A stretch of DNA of 64,000 nucleotides from Hemiscyllium ocellatum (Eukaryota): positions 21,090,098-21,154,097 of the forward strand of contig NC_083409.1 of the NCBI RefSeq assembly GCF_020745735.1, written 5' to 3'. Made by a program: the position numbers and the translations under genes. Positions 49,824-63,391 of this stretch are shown here, one piece after another; position 1 is the first letter of the stretch, and each line of letters opens with the position of its first letter. The notes under the pieces are model-generated. The model was not told where the DNA came from. It worked only from the letters and a program-made list of their open reading frames with translations, and did not search any database.

Positions 49824-50070
49824 ACCCTAACCTTAACCCTAACCCGAACATTAACCCTAACCCTAACTCTAATCCTATCCCGCACCCAATCCCTATCCCT
49901 AAACCTAACCCTATCTCGAACCCTATCACATGTAACCCTTAGCCTAACCCTACCCCTAACCATATAATCCTAACCCTAACCTTAAGCCTAATCCTATCCT
50001 TAACACTAACTCTAACACTAACCCTGTCCCTAACCCTAACACTAACCCTATCCCTAACCCTAACCCTAAC
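49821..50070. repeat. Degenerate telomere-like (CCCTAA)n tract ending at an assembly gap
   Basis: Hexamer periodicity throughout; ends ccctaaccctaaccctaac immediately before the Ns. Confidence 0.9.
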
Positions 50071-50214
50071 NNNNNNNNNNNNNNNNNNNNNNNNNNNNNN
50101 NNNNNNNNNNNNNNNNNNNNNNNNNNNNNNNNNNNNNNNNNNNNNNNNNNNNNNNNNNNNNNNNNNNNNNNNNNNNNNNNNNNNNNNNNNNNNNNNNNNN
50201 NNNNNNNNNNNNNN
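50071..50214. other. Assembly gap (144 N)
   Basis: Run of N. Confidence 1.
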
Positions 50215-52339
50215 CTCTTCTTTTATTATCCTTCCAAAGTGTGCAACGTTACATTTTCCCAAATTATATCCCATCTGATAACTTGTTGCCCCCTTCTCCT
50301 GTGAATCTCTCTCTCTCTTCACACTCCTCCTGGCTTTCCTGACAGATTCCCCCTCCACCCCCCCACCCCACCCCCTCGCGCCCCCCTCCCCCTGCCATTC
50401 TTCTAAATATTTACTGGGAGCACTGAGCAGTGGGAAGCATGTAGAGTTGTTCTGTTTTAGTAATACTCTATGGAATGACTGGGAGGAGCTTGCTGGCCAT
50501 TGGTCAGAATGGAGACATCTTTCCCGATCAAGCTGCATGAGCCTTTCACCCCCCATGCCTTATTGATGAGGCGCAGCAGCAGCACGGAAGGAAAGAAAAG
50601 GAAGCATATCCTGCTCTCCACATCTCACTGACTCCTGGAAAATTCTGTCCCAGACGTCAAAGATTTGCCCTGTTCAGTCACATGAAGTCCCAAGGTGGAA
50701 ACTCGCAGAAACCCACACAGATTTCCCCTTAAATTGACTGCTGGTCTCCACAAGGGGTAATGTGAACAGTCTTCCTGGGCCAGGAGGAGGGGATGGTGAG
50801 AGTTTCTAACCTAAACTGACAGTGACGGATTTTATAAACTTGTATTACAGGCAGATGTTCAGGTGGGAATCTCAGTAATTGTAACACCATTCTCTGACAG
50901 AATTACTCAATTCATCAAGACCTAGATATTGACATTGTGTGTAAGTATTGTGTTCCAGCTCAATCCCATTTGCTGCATAAAAGTTCTCCTTTGAATCGCC
51001 CCCATTCTCTCAATAGATCTCCCCAAACCTTCAATGTGTCCTGTAATCCTTGTATAATGAGCTGATGTGAGTAAGGTTTATTATTATAACGCATAACTTT
51101 TCTAAAGCCTTCTGTCACAGCGTACCCGCAATTTCCTTTGCTACAAGGAGAACAATCTCAGCGTTCCCTGATTCCCCAATGTCTGTTTGCTCTCTATAAG
51201 GCACACATCAGGATTGTGTTGGAACATTCTCCACTTGACTGCATCAGTGCAGCCCCCAACAATATTAAATAACGTGAACATCCTCTAGCACACAAGACAC
51301 GAGTGGTGTCCCATCCGCCACCTTCAGCATTCCCTCTCCTACCCCCAAGGCACAATGGCATCACTGTGTAAAAGGTAAAGTCAGCATTGTCCTACCAGAC
51401 CATAGGGCTGCTCTCTCATTAAGTAGAGATGTCTGGTGGTGGTTTAACTTGACGGTTACGACAGCCAAGGCAAGGGGAGAGGGAGAGAAGGAGAGTCCAT
51501 CTGTTGTAGATCAATATTTTCTATGTATCAGCAACACCTGTATCATACCAATGAATAATATAAAAGAATATCCAAAACACACTACTAAAATCTCCCATTT
51601 CTGGCACCATCTTGGTAAATCTCCTGTGTCCACTCACAGGGACCCTGCAATCCTTCCCAATGTGCGGGAGATCTCTGGTTTGCACAGACCCAGCTGCTCT
51701 GTGTTCCCGTGGGTGAAGTCATCATCGAGCAATAGTTGCACTAAGCCTCACTGTCTGTGAGGGTGGGAGACACAGAAATCCCAATAACATTTCAGACATA
51801 TTTAGGTGCGCACTTGCAATGTCAAGACAGATAACGCGATGGACCAAGTATTGGAAAATGGATTAGGATAGTTAGGAGGTAGTTTTCTTTACTGGCACAG
51901 ACTCAATGGCCCACTGAATCATTTTTTCTGCACTTTTTCTTTGCTGTAAACCTCGAGACACTTAATATAGAATATGACAGGCCACATTTGAAACCAGATC
52001 AGAAAAGGTGATAGTAGAATAGATGACACATGATTGGTCAATGTGTTTGGGAGGAAAATGAGCCAGAAGAGGTTTAGGAGAAAATTCTGGAACTCGGCGC
52101 AGGAATATGAAAGGGCTGTCATCAAGTAAGAAATAAAAATGGGGAATCCTCAAGACTAGAATCAAAGAAAGGCACATGTAGCAGAGCTTTGAGTGACTGG
52201 AGGGGATTAGAGTTAGGGAGGGTTCTGAGGCTGAAGAGGAATTATTAAAGATAAGGAAGAGTTGTGAGGCTGGATGAGGTGACAATGATAGGCAGAGATG
52301 TGAAGAGGGAGGAATGTAGAGATAGCAAGAATTAGAGTC

Positions 52340-53270
52340 GTAATGTAATATGGCACGGAAACAGACCCTCTGGCCCAATCAATCCACGTCAACCATAATT
52401 CTAAACGGAGTTAATCTCACCTACCTCCCCTTGGTCTACATGCATCCAAACATTTCCTATTAGGTACCTGTCCAAATGGATTTCTCGTAGAATCCCTACA
52501 GTGTTGAAACTGGCCATTTAGAGTCAGGGTTACAGAGATGTGCAGCATGGAAACAGACCCTTCGGTCCAACTCATCCATGCCGACCAGATATCCCAACCC
52601 AATCTAGTCCCACCTGATAGCACTTGACCCATATCCCTCCAAACACTTCCTATTCATACATCCATCCAAATGCCTCTTAAATGTTGCAATTGTATCATCC
52701 TCCACCACATCCTCTGGCAGCTCATTCCATGCATGTACCACCCACTGCGTGAAAAAGTTGCCCCTTCGTTCTCATTCATATCTTTTCCCTCTCACCCTAA
52801 ACCTTGCCCCCTACCTTTGGACTAGTTGCTGGAAGACTGATGCCATTATTTGAGAAAGGTGGTAAGGAAAAGCCAGTAAACTATAGACCGTTGAGCCTGA
52901 AGTCATTGGAAGGCAAGTTGTTGGATTATAAGGGATTGAATTACATGTAATTGGAAAGACAAGAATGATTAAGGAGAGTCAACATGGCTTTGTGCATGGA
53001 AATCACTAACTTGGACTTCAGAAAGACGTGCAGCAAGAGTCCATATAACAGACAGGTTAGCAAGTTCAACACCATAGAATGCAAGGAGATGGAGCAATTT
53101 GGATACAAAATTGGCTGGAAGGTCATAGTGTCATAGAGATATATAGCATGGAAACAGAACGTTCAGTCCAACCCGTCCATGCTGGCCAGTTTTCCCAACC
53201 GAATCTAGTCCCACCCGCCAGCATCTGGCCTATATCCCTCCAAAATCTTCTTATTCATATACCCATCAAC
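52340..53270. mobile_element. Cluster of CR1 pieces: minus-strand 3' ends at ~52345, ~52525 and ~53125, and a plus-strand RT piece at ~52830-53120
   Basis: gcatggaaacagacccttcggtccaac (twice); gaaaggtggtaaggaaaagccagtaaactatagacc; gagtcaacatggctttgtg. Confidence 0.8.
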
Positions 53271-53424
53271 AGAGGAACCTCGATTATCCTAATGAGATGG
53301 GCGGGCACTATTTCATTCAGATAATCAATTATTCGGTTAATCGATTGAATGCCTTTACTCTGGGGCTCAGAGTTGTTGAAGTCTGCTCCCCATGCAGGAG
53401 AATGCAGCCTCACACAGCACGATT

Positions 53425-55340
53425 GCCCATCCATACACCAACCCCAGCCTGATCCTCACCGTCATCTAACACCGCCCCCAGCCTGACCCTCACAGCCGTC
53501 CACACACCAGCCCCAGCCTGACCCTCACCGCCGTCCACACACCAGCCCCAGCCTGACCCTCACCGCCGTCCACACACCAGCCCCAGCCTGACCCTCACTG
53601 CAATTCACTACTGCCTCCAGCCTGATCCTCACAGCGATCCACACACCGCCCAGCCTGATCCTCATCACAGTCCAAACACCGCCCCCATCCTGACCCTCAC
53701 CTCTATGCAACACCGCCCCCAGCCTGGCCCTCACTACAGTTCAACACCAACCACCAGCCTGTCCCTCATCGCCGTCCACACAACGCCGCCAGCCTGACCC
53801 TCACCACTGTTCAACACCACTCCCTGCATGACCTTCACTGCCGCCCACGCACCTCCCCTAGCCGGACCCTCATCGCCGCCCATGCAACTCCCCCAGACTG
53901 ACCCTCACTGCCGCCCACACACAGCCCCCAGCCTGGCCTGCATCGCCGTCCAACACCGCCCCACTATGCCCCTCACCGGCATCCACACAGCTCCCAGTCT
54001 CACCCTCACTATGCCCACACACCATCCCCAGCCAGGCCCTCCTTGCCACCCACACACCGCCACAGACTGACCCTCAGCGCCGTCCACGCACTGACCCCAG
54101 CCTGGCCCTCACCGTGATCCACACATCACCCCAGCCTCACACTTCCTGCCATCCAACACTGTCCTCAGCCTGCTGCTGAATGCTGAACCCACACCACCAC
54201 CAGCCTGACCCTCACTACCATCCAACACCACCCCAGCCTGACCCTCACTGCTGCCAAACACTGCCCCCCAGCCTGATCCTCTCTGCTCTCCACAGACTGA
54301 CCCTCAACACTGTCCACACACACCCACAGCCTGACCCTCACCACCATCCACACACCACCCCCAGCCTGACCCTCACTGCCGTCCTCACGCCACCACCAGC
54401 CTGACCCACACTGCCGGTCACACACTTCCCCTAGCCTCACCCTAACTGCCGTCCACACACCGCCCCTAGCCTGTCATACACTGCCATCCACACCGCCCCC
54501 AGCCTGACCCTCACCACCGTCCACACACAGCCCCCAGACGGGACCTCACTGCCGTCCACACACTGACCACAGCCTGACCCTCACCACTATCCAGACACCA
54601 CCCCCAGCCTGACCCTCACCACTGTCCACACACCATCCCCAGCCTGACCCTCACCGCTTTCGCCACACCGCCCCCAGCCTTACCCTCACTGCCGTCCAAC
54701 ATCACCACAAGCCTGAGTCTCACCACCGTCCAACACTGCATAGGCTGGCCCTCACCGCCACCCATACACCACCCCCAGCCTTAACCTCACTGCCATCCTC
54801 ACACCACCACAAGCCTGACCCTCACTGCAGGCCACACACTGCCCCTAGCCTGACCCTAACTGCCATCCACCAACCACCCCTAGCCTGTCATTTACTGCCA
54901 TCCACACACTGCCACCAGCCTGACCTTCACCACTATCCACACACCATCCCCAGCCTGCCCCTCACAGCCGTCCACACACTGCCCCCAGCCTGACCCTCAC
55001 CACTTTTGCCACACCGCCCCCAGCCTGATCCTCACCGCCGTCCAACAACACCCCAAGCATGACCCTCACCACCATCCAACACCGCACAAGCCTGACTCTC
55101 ACCACCGTGCACACACTGCCCCCAGCCTGACCTCCACAACCATCCACTCACCGCTCCGAGTCTGACCCTCACCACTGTCCCAAAGTTACCCTCAGCCTGA
55201 CTCCCAAGACCATCCAACACCACTCCAAGCCTTGCGTCTAACACTACCCCCAGTCTGGCCCCCACCACCATCCAATACCACCCCAGCGTGACCATCGCCA
55301 CCATTCACACACTGCCCCCAGCCTGGCCCACACCGCCGTC
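53425..55340. repeat. 35-bp C-rich minisatellite, roughly 50 degenerate units
   Basis: Unit ccccagcctgaccctcaccgccgtccacacaccag, exact period at 53511, 53546 and 53581. Confidence 0.9.
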
Positions 55341-56460
55341 CAAAACCACGCCCTCCCCCACTCAGCATTCAACATTGCCCCCTCCCCCTACACAGTCCAA
55401 CACCGCTCCCTCCCCAACACCATCCAACACCGCCCTCTCCCCACCTGTCCAACACTGCCCCGTCCCCAAACCTGTCCCACACGGCCCCTCCCTGACCCTG
55501 TCCAACACCACCCCTCCCGCTCCCCCAGCACAGAACAACACCACGCCCTCCCCCTCCCTGTCCATTACTGCCCCACTTTCCGACTCTGTCCAACAAAGCC
55601 CCCACCCCAAGCACTGACCAACACCGACCCCTCCCTGTCCATTACCGACCCCTCCCCAAACCTGTCCCACACTGCCCCTCCCTGACCCTGTCCACTACCG
55701 CCCCCTCCCCAGCCCTGTCCAACACTGCCCCTCCCCCTCCCCAGCACTGAATAACACCAGACCCTCCCCTCTCCCCATCCATTACTGCCCCCACTCTCTG
55801 ACCCTGTCCATCACTGCCCCCTCCCCGGCACTGACCAATACTGACCCCTCCCCGTCCATTACCGCCCCCTCCCTCTGACCCTGTCAAACACTGTCCCTCC
55901 TCCAACCCTGTCCAACACCGCCCGCTCCCTCACCGTCCAACACCGCCCTCTCCGACCCTCCCCGTCCAACACCGCGCTCTCCCCCAACCCTGTACAACAA
56001 CGCCGCCTCTCCAACCCCATCCAACAATGCCTACGCACCCAGCCCTGCCAACACTGTCCCCTCCCCAGCCCATTCCAACACCACCCCACTCCCCCAACAC
56101 CGCCCAACTCCGCCCAATCCCAACATCGTCCAACACCACCCCTCCCACCTTGCACATCCCACACCACCCCGTCCCCAACCCCATCCAACACTGCCCCTCC
56201 CCAACCCTGTCGAACAGCAAGCTCTGCCCCCTCCCCATCAAACACCGCCCCCTCCCCAACCCCATCCAACACCGCCCCCTCCCTCATCCAACACTGCCCC
56301 CTCACCCATCCCCGTCCAACATTGCACCCCTACCCCCTTCCCCTTCCCGTTCTACACCGCACCTCCCCAATCCCGTCCATCACCAGCCCCATCCAACACC
56401 ACCCCCTCCACAACCCCATCCAATCGTCCCGCTCCCTCCTCCCCATTTAACACCATCCTC
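55340..56460. repeat. C-rich variable-length (~20-27 bp) tandem repeat
   Basis: Recurring aacaccgcccctccccaacccc(a/tg)tcc. Confidence 0.8.
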
Positions 56461-59400
56461 TCTCCCAGCTCGTCCACTGGCTCTTTCGCCCCCTCGATCT
56501 CTCACCCCCTTCGGTCTCTCGTCCCTTTGCTCTCGTGCACCCTCGCATGCTCTTGCTCTCTCGCCCCATCGCTCAGTCTCTCGCCCTCTCACACCTTTGC
56601 TCTCTCACCCCCGATTGCTCTCTTTTGCACCACCTTTCTCCCTCGCACCCCTCTCTCTCGCCCCTCTCGCTTTTGCCCCATCTCTCTCTCTCTCACGCCC
56701 CCTCCCTCTCTCTCTCAACCCTCTCTCTCTTTTCCCTCTCTTTCTCAACCCCTCTCTCTATCGCCCTTCCCTTTCTCTCATTCCTCTCTCTCTGTCTTGC
56801 CCCCTCTCTGACTCTTTCCTCACTCTCTCTCGCGCCCTCTCTCTCTCAACCCTCTCTCTCTTTTCCCTCTCTTTCTCAACCCCTCTCTCTATCGCCCTTC
56901 CCTTTCTCTCATTCCTCTCTCTCTGTCTTGCCCCCTCTCTGACTCTTTCCTCACTCTCTCTCGCGCCCTCTCTCTCTCAAACCCCTCTTTCTCTCGCCCC
57001 CTCTCAATCTCACCCTCTCTCTCTCACTCATCTCTCTATCACCCATCTCTCTCTCTTTCGCACCCCTCTCTCTCTCTCACCACTCCATCTCTCTCGCACC
57101 CCTCTGTCTCACACACCTCTCTTTCTCCCGCTCTCTTTCTCTCTCTCCACCCCTGTCTCTCTCACCAGCTCTCTCTACCGCTCCCCTCTCTCTCGCGCAC
57201 CCTCTCTTGACCCCCACTCTCTCTCTACCCCCGCTCGCTGGCCGTCCTCTCTCTCGTGCCGCCCTCTCTCTCTCATCCCCTCTCTCTCTCGCCCCCCCCC
57301 CCCCCCCCCCCCACCACCTCTCTCTCTCTCCTCCCTCCCGCTCGCTCTCTCACCGCCTCTCTCTCTCGGCTCCCTCTCTGTCTTTCACCCCCATCTCTCT
57401 CTCTCGCCCCAATCTCTCTATCACCACCTCTCTCTATCTTGCCTCCTCTCACTCACCCCCTCACTCTCTCACCCCACTCTCTCCTGCCCCCTTTCACTCT
57501 CTCCTCGTGTCTCTCATGCTATGCCTGTCTCTAGCCCCTCCTCACTCTCTCCTCTTCCCTCTCTGTCACACATGCTCACTCTCGTCCCTTTTGATCCCTC
57601 TCTCTCTCACCTCCCTCTCTTGCCCCCACTCTCTCTCTCGCACCCCTCTCTCTCTTGCACCCATCTCTCTCGCACCCACTCTCTCCCTCCCTCTCTCACT
57701 CGCCCCCTCTCTTACTCGCCCCTTCTCACTCACGCCCTCTCTCACTCGCCCCCACCCTCTCTCTCTCGCCCCCTCTCTCACTCAACTCCCCTCTCTCTCT
57801 CTCGCTCCCTCTATCTCTCTAACCCCTCTCTACCTCTCTCGCCCTCTCTCTGTCTTGCCCCTCCTCTCTCGCACACCTCTCTCTCTTCTTCCCCTCTTTC
57901 TCGCCCCCCTCTCTCACTCTCGCCCCCTCTCTCAATTTCACCCACCACTCTCTCTGTCGCATCTCTCCCGCCCCCTCTCTCTCACCCCAGTCTCTCCCGC
58001 CTCCTTTCACTCTCTCCCCATCTTTCTCCCGCCCGTCTGTTACCCCTCCTCACTCCCTCCACTTCCCTCTCTGCCTCGCCCCTCTCTCACTGCCCTCGAT
58101 CTTAACCCGCCTCTTTTGTTCTCTCACCCCCACTCTCGCACCCCTCTCTCTTGCCCACTCTCTCTTAACCCACTCTCTGTCTCGCTCCCCTCTCTCTCCC
58201 CCTCTCCCCATCCCTCTCTCCCCCTCTCTCCCCCTCCCTCTCCCCCCTCTCCCCACTCTCCCCCTCTCGTTCCCTCTCTCTCTCCCCCTCCCTCTCTCCC
58301 CCTCTCTCTCCTTCTCTCGCTCCCCCTCTCTCCCCTTACCCCCTCACCCTCCTTCTCTCCCATCTGCCCCTCCCTCTCCCCCCCTCTCTCCCCACCTCTC
58401 TCTCCCCCTCCCCTCCCTCGCTCTCCCTCTCCCAGCCCTTCCCCCTCTTGCCCCCTCTTTCCCCGCCTCTCTCTCCTTCCCCCTCTTGCCCCTTCTCCCT
58501 CTCTCTCCCCCTCTCCCCCTCACCCCTTCTACCTCTCTCTACCCCCTCCCACTCGCCCACTCGCCCCTTCTCCCTCTCTCTCCCTCCCTCTCCCCCTCCC
58601 CCTCTCGCCCCTTCTATCTCTCTCTACCCCCTCCCACTCATCCTCTTGCCCCTTCTCCCTCTCTATCGCCCCTCTCTCTCTCTGTCACTGGCCCCCAATA
58701 CCTCGCCTCTTTGTCTCTCTCCCCTCTCTCTCTCACTCGCCCCTCTATCTCGCCTCTCTGTCTCTCACCAACTCTGTCCCTTGCCCCGCGCTCTCTCTCG
58801 AGCCCCCTCCCTCTCTCGCCGAACCCCTCACCCCCTCTCTCTCTCACCTCCCTCTCTCGCTCCCACTCTCTCTCTCGCACCCATCTCTCTTGCACCCCTC
58901 TCTCGCACCCTCTCTCTCGCACCCTCTCTCACTCGCCCCTCTCTCTCACTCACTCCCTCTCTCTCACTCACACCCTCTCTCTTACTCTCCACCTCCCTCT
59001 CTCGCCCCTCTATCTCTCTCACCCCTCTCTACCTCTCTCACCCTATTTCTGTCTTGGTCCTCCTCTCTCTCTCTCCCCCTTTCTCTCTCCCCTCTCTACT
59101 TCTGTCGCCCTCTCTCTGTCTTGCCCCTCCTTTCTGTCGCCCTCTCTTTGTCGCCCTCTCTCTCTCGCACCACTCTCTCTCTCGCCACCTTCCTCTCTCA
59201 CCCTCTCTCTGTCTTGCCCCTCCTCTCTCTAGCCACGCCCTCCTCTCTCTTTTGCACCTCTTGCTCTCTTGCTGCCTTTCTCTTGCTCCCCTCTGTCTCT
59301 CGCCCCCTTATCTCTCGCCCCCTATCTCTCCCTCGCCACTTCTCTCTCTGTCTCGCCACCTTACTCTCTCGAGCCACCCTCTCTCTCGCCCCCTCTCTCT

Positions 59401-61139
59401 CGTCCCCTCTCTCTTGCCCCCTCTCTCTCACCCTCTCTCTCGCCCCCTTTCACACTCTGCCCCACTCTCTCATGCCCCGCCTGTCTCTGGTCCCTCCTCT
59501 TTCCCCTTCCCTCTTTCTCAGGCCGCCTCTCTCTCGCCCCCCTCAATCCTCCTCTCTCTCTCAACCCCCTCTCTCATTCTCTCGCCCCCTCTCTAGCCCC
59601 GACTCTCTCTCGCCCCCTCTCTCTCTCGTACCCCCTCTCTCGCTCTCCTCTCTCTCTCTCTCACACACCCTCTCTTTCTCACACTCCCTCTCTTGCCACC
59701 CTCTCTCCCTCGCCCCCTTCTCTCGACCCCCTCTCTCGCAGCTCACTCTCTCACTCGACCCCCCTTTCTCACCCCTTCTCTTTCTTTCACCACATCTCTC
59801 TCTTGCCCCCTCTCTCTCTCGCTCCTCTCTGTCTGTTGCCACCCTTTCTCTCTTGCCCCACCTCTCTCTCTCACCCCCCCTCTGTCTGTTGTCCCCTTTC
59901 TCTCTTGCTTTCCTCTCTCTCTCTCACTCCCCTTCTCTATATCAACCCCCTCTCTTGCCCCACCTCTCGACCCCCTCTCTCTCACCCCTGTCTATCGACC
60001 CCATCTCTCATCCCTGCCCCCTCTCTCTCTCATCCCTCTCTCTCTACACCCTCCCCTCTCTCTCGCCCCTCTAGCCCACATCTTGCCCCCCACCTCCTCT
60101 CTCTCTCACCCCTCGTCTATCACCCCCATTCTCTCTCCCATCTCCCTCTCTCGTCCCCTTCGCTCTGTTTCCCCCTTTTTCTTGACCCCTATCTCTCGCC
60201 ATTTCTCTCTTGCCCCTTCTTGCTCTCTCACCCCGTCTCCCTCTTGCCCCGTCTCTCACTCTTGCCCCCCTCTCTCTTGCCCCCTCTCACTATCGCCCCC
60301 CTCTCTCTCTCACCCCCTCTCTCGCTTGTTCGCCTCTCTCTCTTGCTCCCTTTCTCTATTGCCCTGCCCTCTCTCTCTCGTACCCCTCTCTCTCGCCTCC
60401 CTCTCAATTGCTCCCTCTCTCTCGCCCCCTCTTCCTCACCCCCGTCTCTCCTGCCCCCTTTCACTGTCTCCCCCTCCCTCTCTGTCACGCACCTCTCTCT
60501 CCCTCCCCTCGATCCCTCTCTCTCTCTCTCAACCTGCCTCTTTCGTTCTTTCACCCCAAATTTCACCGCCCCTTCTCTCTCTCTCTCCCCCCCCCCCCTT
60601 CGCACCATCCCTCTCTCTCTTTCCCTCTTCCTCTTGCCCACCTTTCTCTCTCGGCCCCTTTCTCTCGACCCCTCTCTCTCTCGCCCCCTCTCTCTGTTGC
60701 TTCCTTTCTATCTTGCCCTGCCCTCTCTCTCTCACCCCCACCTCTTTCGTGGCTCTCCTCCCTCTCACCCCCCTTGCTCTCTCATCCCCCTCTTGCTCTC
60801 TCGCCGCCTCTCTCTCGCCCCTATGTCTCCATCGTCACTTCTCTCTCTGTCTCGCCCCCTCACTCTCTTGACCTCCCCTCTCCCTGTCTCTCTCTTGTCC
60901 CCTGTCACACTCTGCCCCACTCTCTCAAGTCCCAGCTGTCTCTTGCCCCTCCTCTCTTCCCTTCCATCTCCATCACGCCGCCTCACTCTCGCCCCACTGA
61001 AGCCCTCTCTCTCTCTCTCTCTCAACCCTCTCTCTCATTCTCTCGCTCCCTCTCTAGACCCGACTCTCTCTCTCGCCCACACTCTCTCTCTCTCTCACCC
61101 CCTCTCCATCACCCCCTCTCTCTCCCCCTCCTCTCCCTC

Positions 61140-61283
61140 AGATTAGATTACATACAGTATGGAAACAGGCCCTCCAGCCCAACAAGTCCACACCGAGCCA
61201 CCGAAGCGTAACCCACCCATACCCCTACATTTAACACTTCACCTAACACTACGGGCAAATTAGCATGGCCAATTCACCTGACC
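61140..61283 (-). mobile_element. 3' half of an HE1-like SINE inserted in the CT tract
   Basis: gattagattacatacagtatggaaacaggccc...gggcaaattagcatggccaattcacctgacc. Confidence 0.9.
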
Positions 61284-63293
61284 CTCTTCCTCTCTCGTTC
61301 TCTCGCTTCCTCTCTCTCGCGCCCCTCTGTCTCTCGTCCCCTCAATCTCTTTCGCACCTCTGTCTCTCTCGCCCCTCCCCTCTCTCGCCCCGTCTCTATC
61401 TCGCCACCCCTCTCTCTCGACACCCCTCCCACGCCCTCACCTCCCTCTCTCGCCCACACCCCTCGCCCCCCCCTCACCCTCTCTCTCGACATCCCTCCCT
61501 TTCTCACCCCCTCACCTCTCTCATGCCCCTTCTATCTCTCTCTCCCTGTCTCTGTCTTGCCCCTCCTCTCTCACGCACACCTCTCTCTCACCCCTCTCTC
61601 TCTCTCTCAACCCCCATTTCTCTCGACCCACTCTCTCTCTCACCCCCTCTTTCTCACCCTCCTCTCTCTCACCCCCCTCTCTCTCACCCCTCTCTCTCTC
61701 CTACCCCCCTCTCTCTCATACCCTCTCTCTCTCTCACCCCCTCTCTCTCTCAGCCTCTCTGTCTCTCGCCCCCTCTCTCAATTTCACCTACCTCTCTCGC
61801 CCCCTTCTCTCACCCCAGACTCTCCCGCCCACTTTCACTCTCTCCGGAGCCGCCTGTTTCTTACTCCTCCTCACTCTCTCCCCTTCCCTCTCCGTCATGC
61901 CCCTCTCTCTCGCTCCCTGCCTCTTTCGTTCTCTCACCCCTACTCTCGCTCCCCTCTCTCTTGCCCACTCTCTGTCTCAGCCCATTCTCTGTCTCGCTCA
62001 CCTCTTTCTCTCTCGCCCCCTCTCTCTCCCCCACCTCCCCTTCTCTCTCCCCTCCTCCCCCTCTCTCTCTCCCCCTCCTCCCTCCCTACTCTCCTCCCCC
62101 TGCTCTGTGTTGCCATTTCTCTCTTGCACTCCCCGTTTCTCCATCGCCACTTCTCTCTCTCGCCCCCCCCCCTCAATTGCCAAACTCTCTCTCACCCTAG
62201 TCTCTCCCGTCCCCTTTCATTCTTTCCCCCTCCCTGTCATGCCCCTCTCAATCCATCTCTCTCTCAACCCGCCTCTTTCGGTCTTTCACACCCACTCTCG
62301 CTCGCCCCTTCATTCTCTCGCCCCCACCCTCTCTCCCTCTCTCTCTTTCCCTCTCCCTCTCGTGCACCCTCCCTCTCTCTGACGCCGCCCTTTCTCTCTC
62401 GACCCCCTCTCTATGTTGTTCCCTTTCTCTCTTGCCCTGCCCTCTCCCTCGCGCCCCCTTTCTCTCTCGCCTCCCTTGCTCTCTCACCCCCTCTCGCTCT
62501 CTCGCTGCCTCTCTCTCGCCCCCCTCTGTCTCTCACCCCCCTCTCTCTCGCCCCCTAACTCTCCATCGCCACTTCTCTCTCTGTTTCACCCCCTCACTCT
62601 CTCGACCCCCCTCTCTCTCGCCCTCTCTCTCAATTTCACCTACCTCTCTCGCCCCCTTCTCTCACCCCCGTCTCTCCCGCCCACTTTCACTCTCTCCGGA
62701 GCCACCTGTCTCTTACTCCTCCTCACTCTCTCCCCTTCCCTCTCCGTCACGCCCCTCTCTCTCGCTCCCTGCCTCTTTCATTCTCTCACCCCTACTCTCG
62801 CTCCCCTCTCTCTTGCCCACTCTCTGTCTCAGCCCATTCTCTGTCTCCCCCACCTCCCCCTCTCTCTCCCCCTCTCTCTCTCCCCCTCCTCCCTCCCTGC
62901 TCTCCTCCCCCCGTTCTGTGTTGCCATTTCTCTCTTGCACTCCCCGTTTCTCCATCGCCACTTCTCTCTCTCGCCCCCCCCTCTCAATTGCCAAACTCTC
63001 TCTCACCCCAGTCTCTCCTGTCCCCTCTCATTCTCTCCCCCTCCCTGTCACACCCCTCTCAATCCATCTCTCTCTCTCAACCCGCCTCTTTCGGTCTTTC
63101 ACACCCACCCTCGCTCGCCCCTTCATTCTCTCGCACCCCTTCTCCCTCTCTCTCTTTCTCTCTCCCTCTTGCGCACCCTCCCTCTCTCTGACGCCACCCT
63201 CTCTCTCTCAACCCGCCTCTTTCGGTCTTTCACACCCACTCTCGCTCGCCCCTTCATTCTCTCGCGCCCCTTCTCCCTCTCGCTCTTTCCCCC

Positions 63294-63391
63294 NNNNNNN
63301 NNNNNNNNNNNNNNNNNNNNNNNNNNNNNNNNNNNNNNNNNNNNNNNNNNNNNNNNNNNNNNNNNNNNNNNNNNNNNNNNNNNNNNNNNNN
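63294..63391. other. Assembly gap (98 N)
   Basis: Run of N. Confidence 1.

Noticed and set aside
50851-50940. Plus-strand 90-bp segment with an AG acceptor and a perfect GTAAGT donor
   Set aside because: Stops occur in all three frames. A 40-bp sub-exon is open but has no supporting homology or partner exons.
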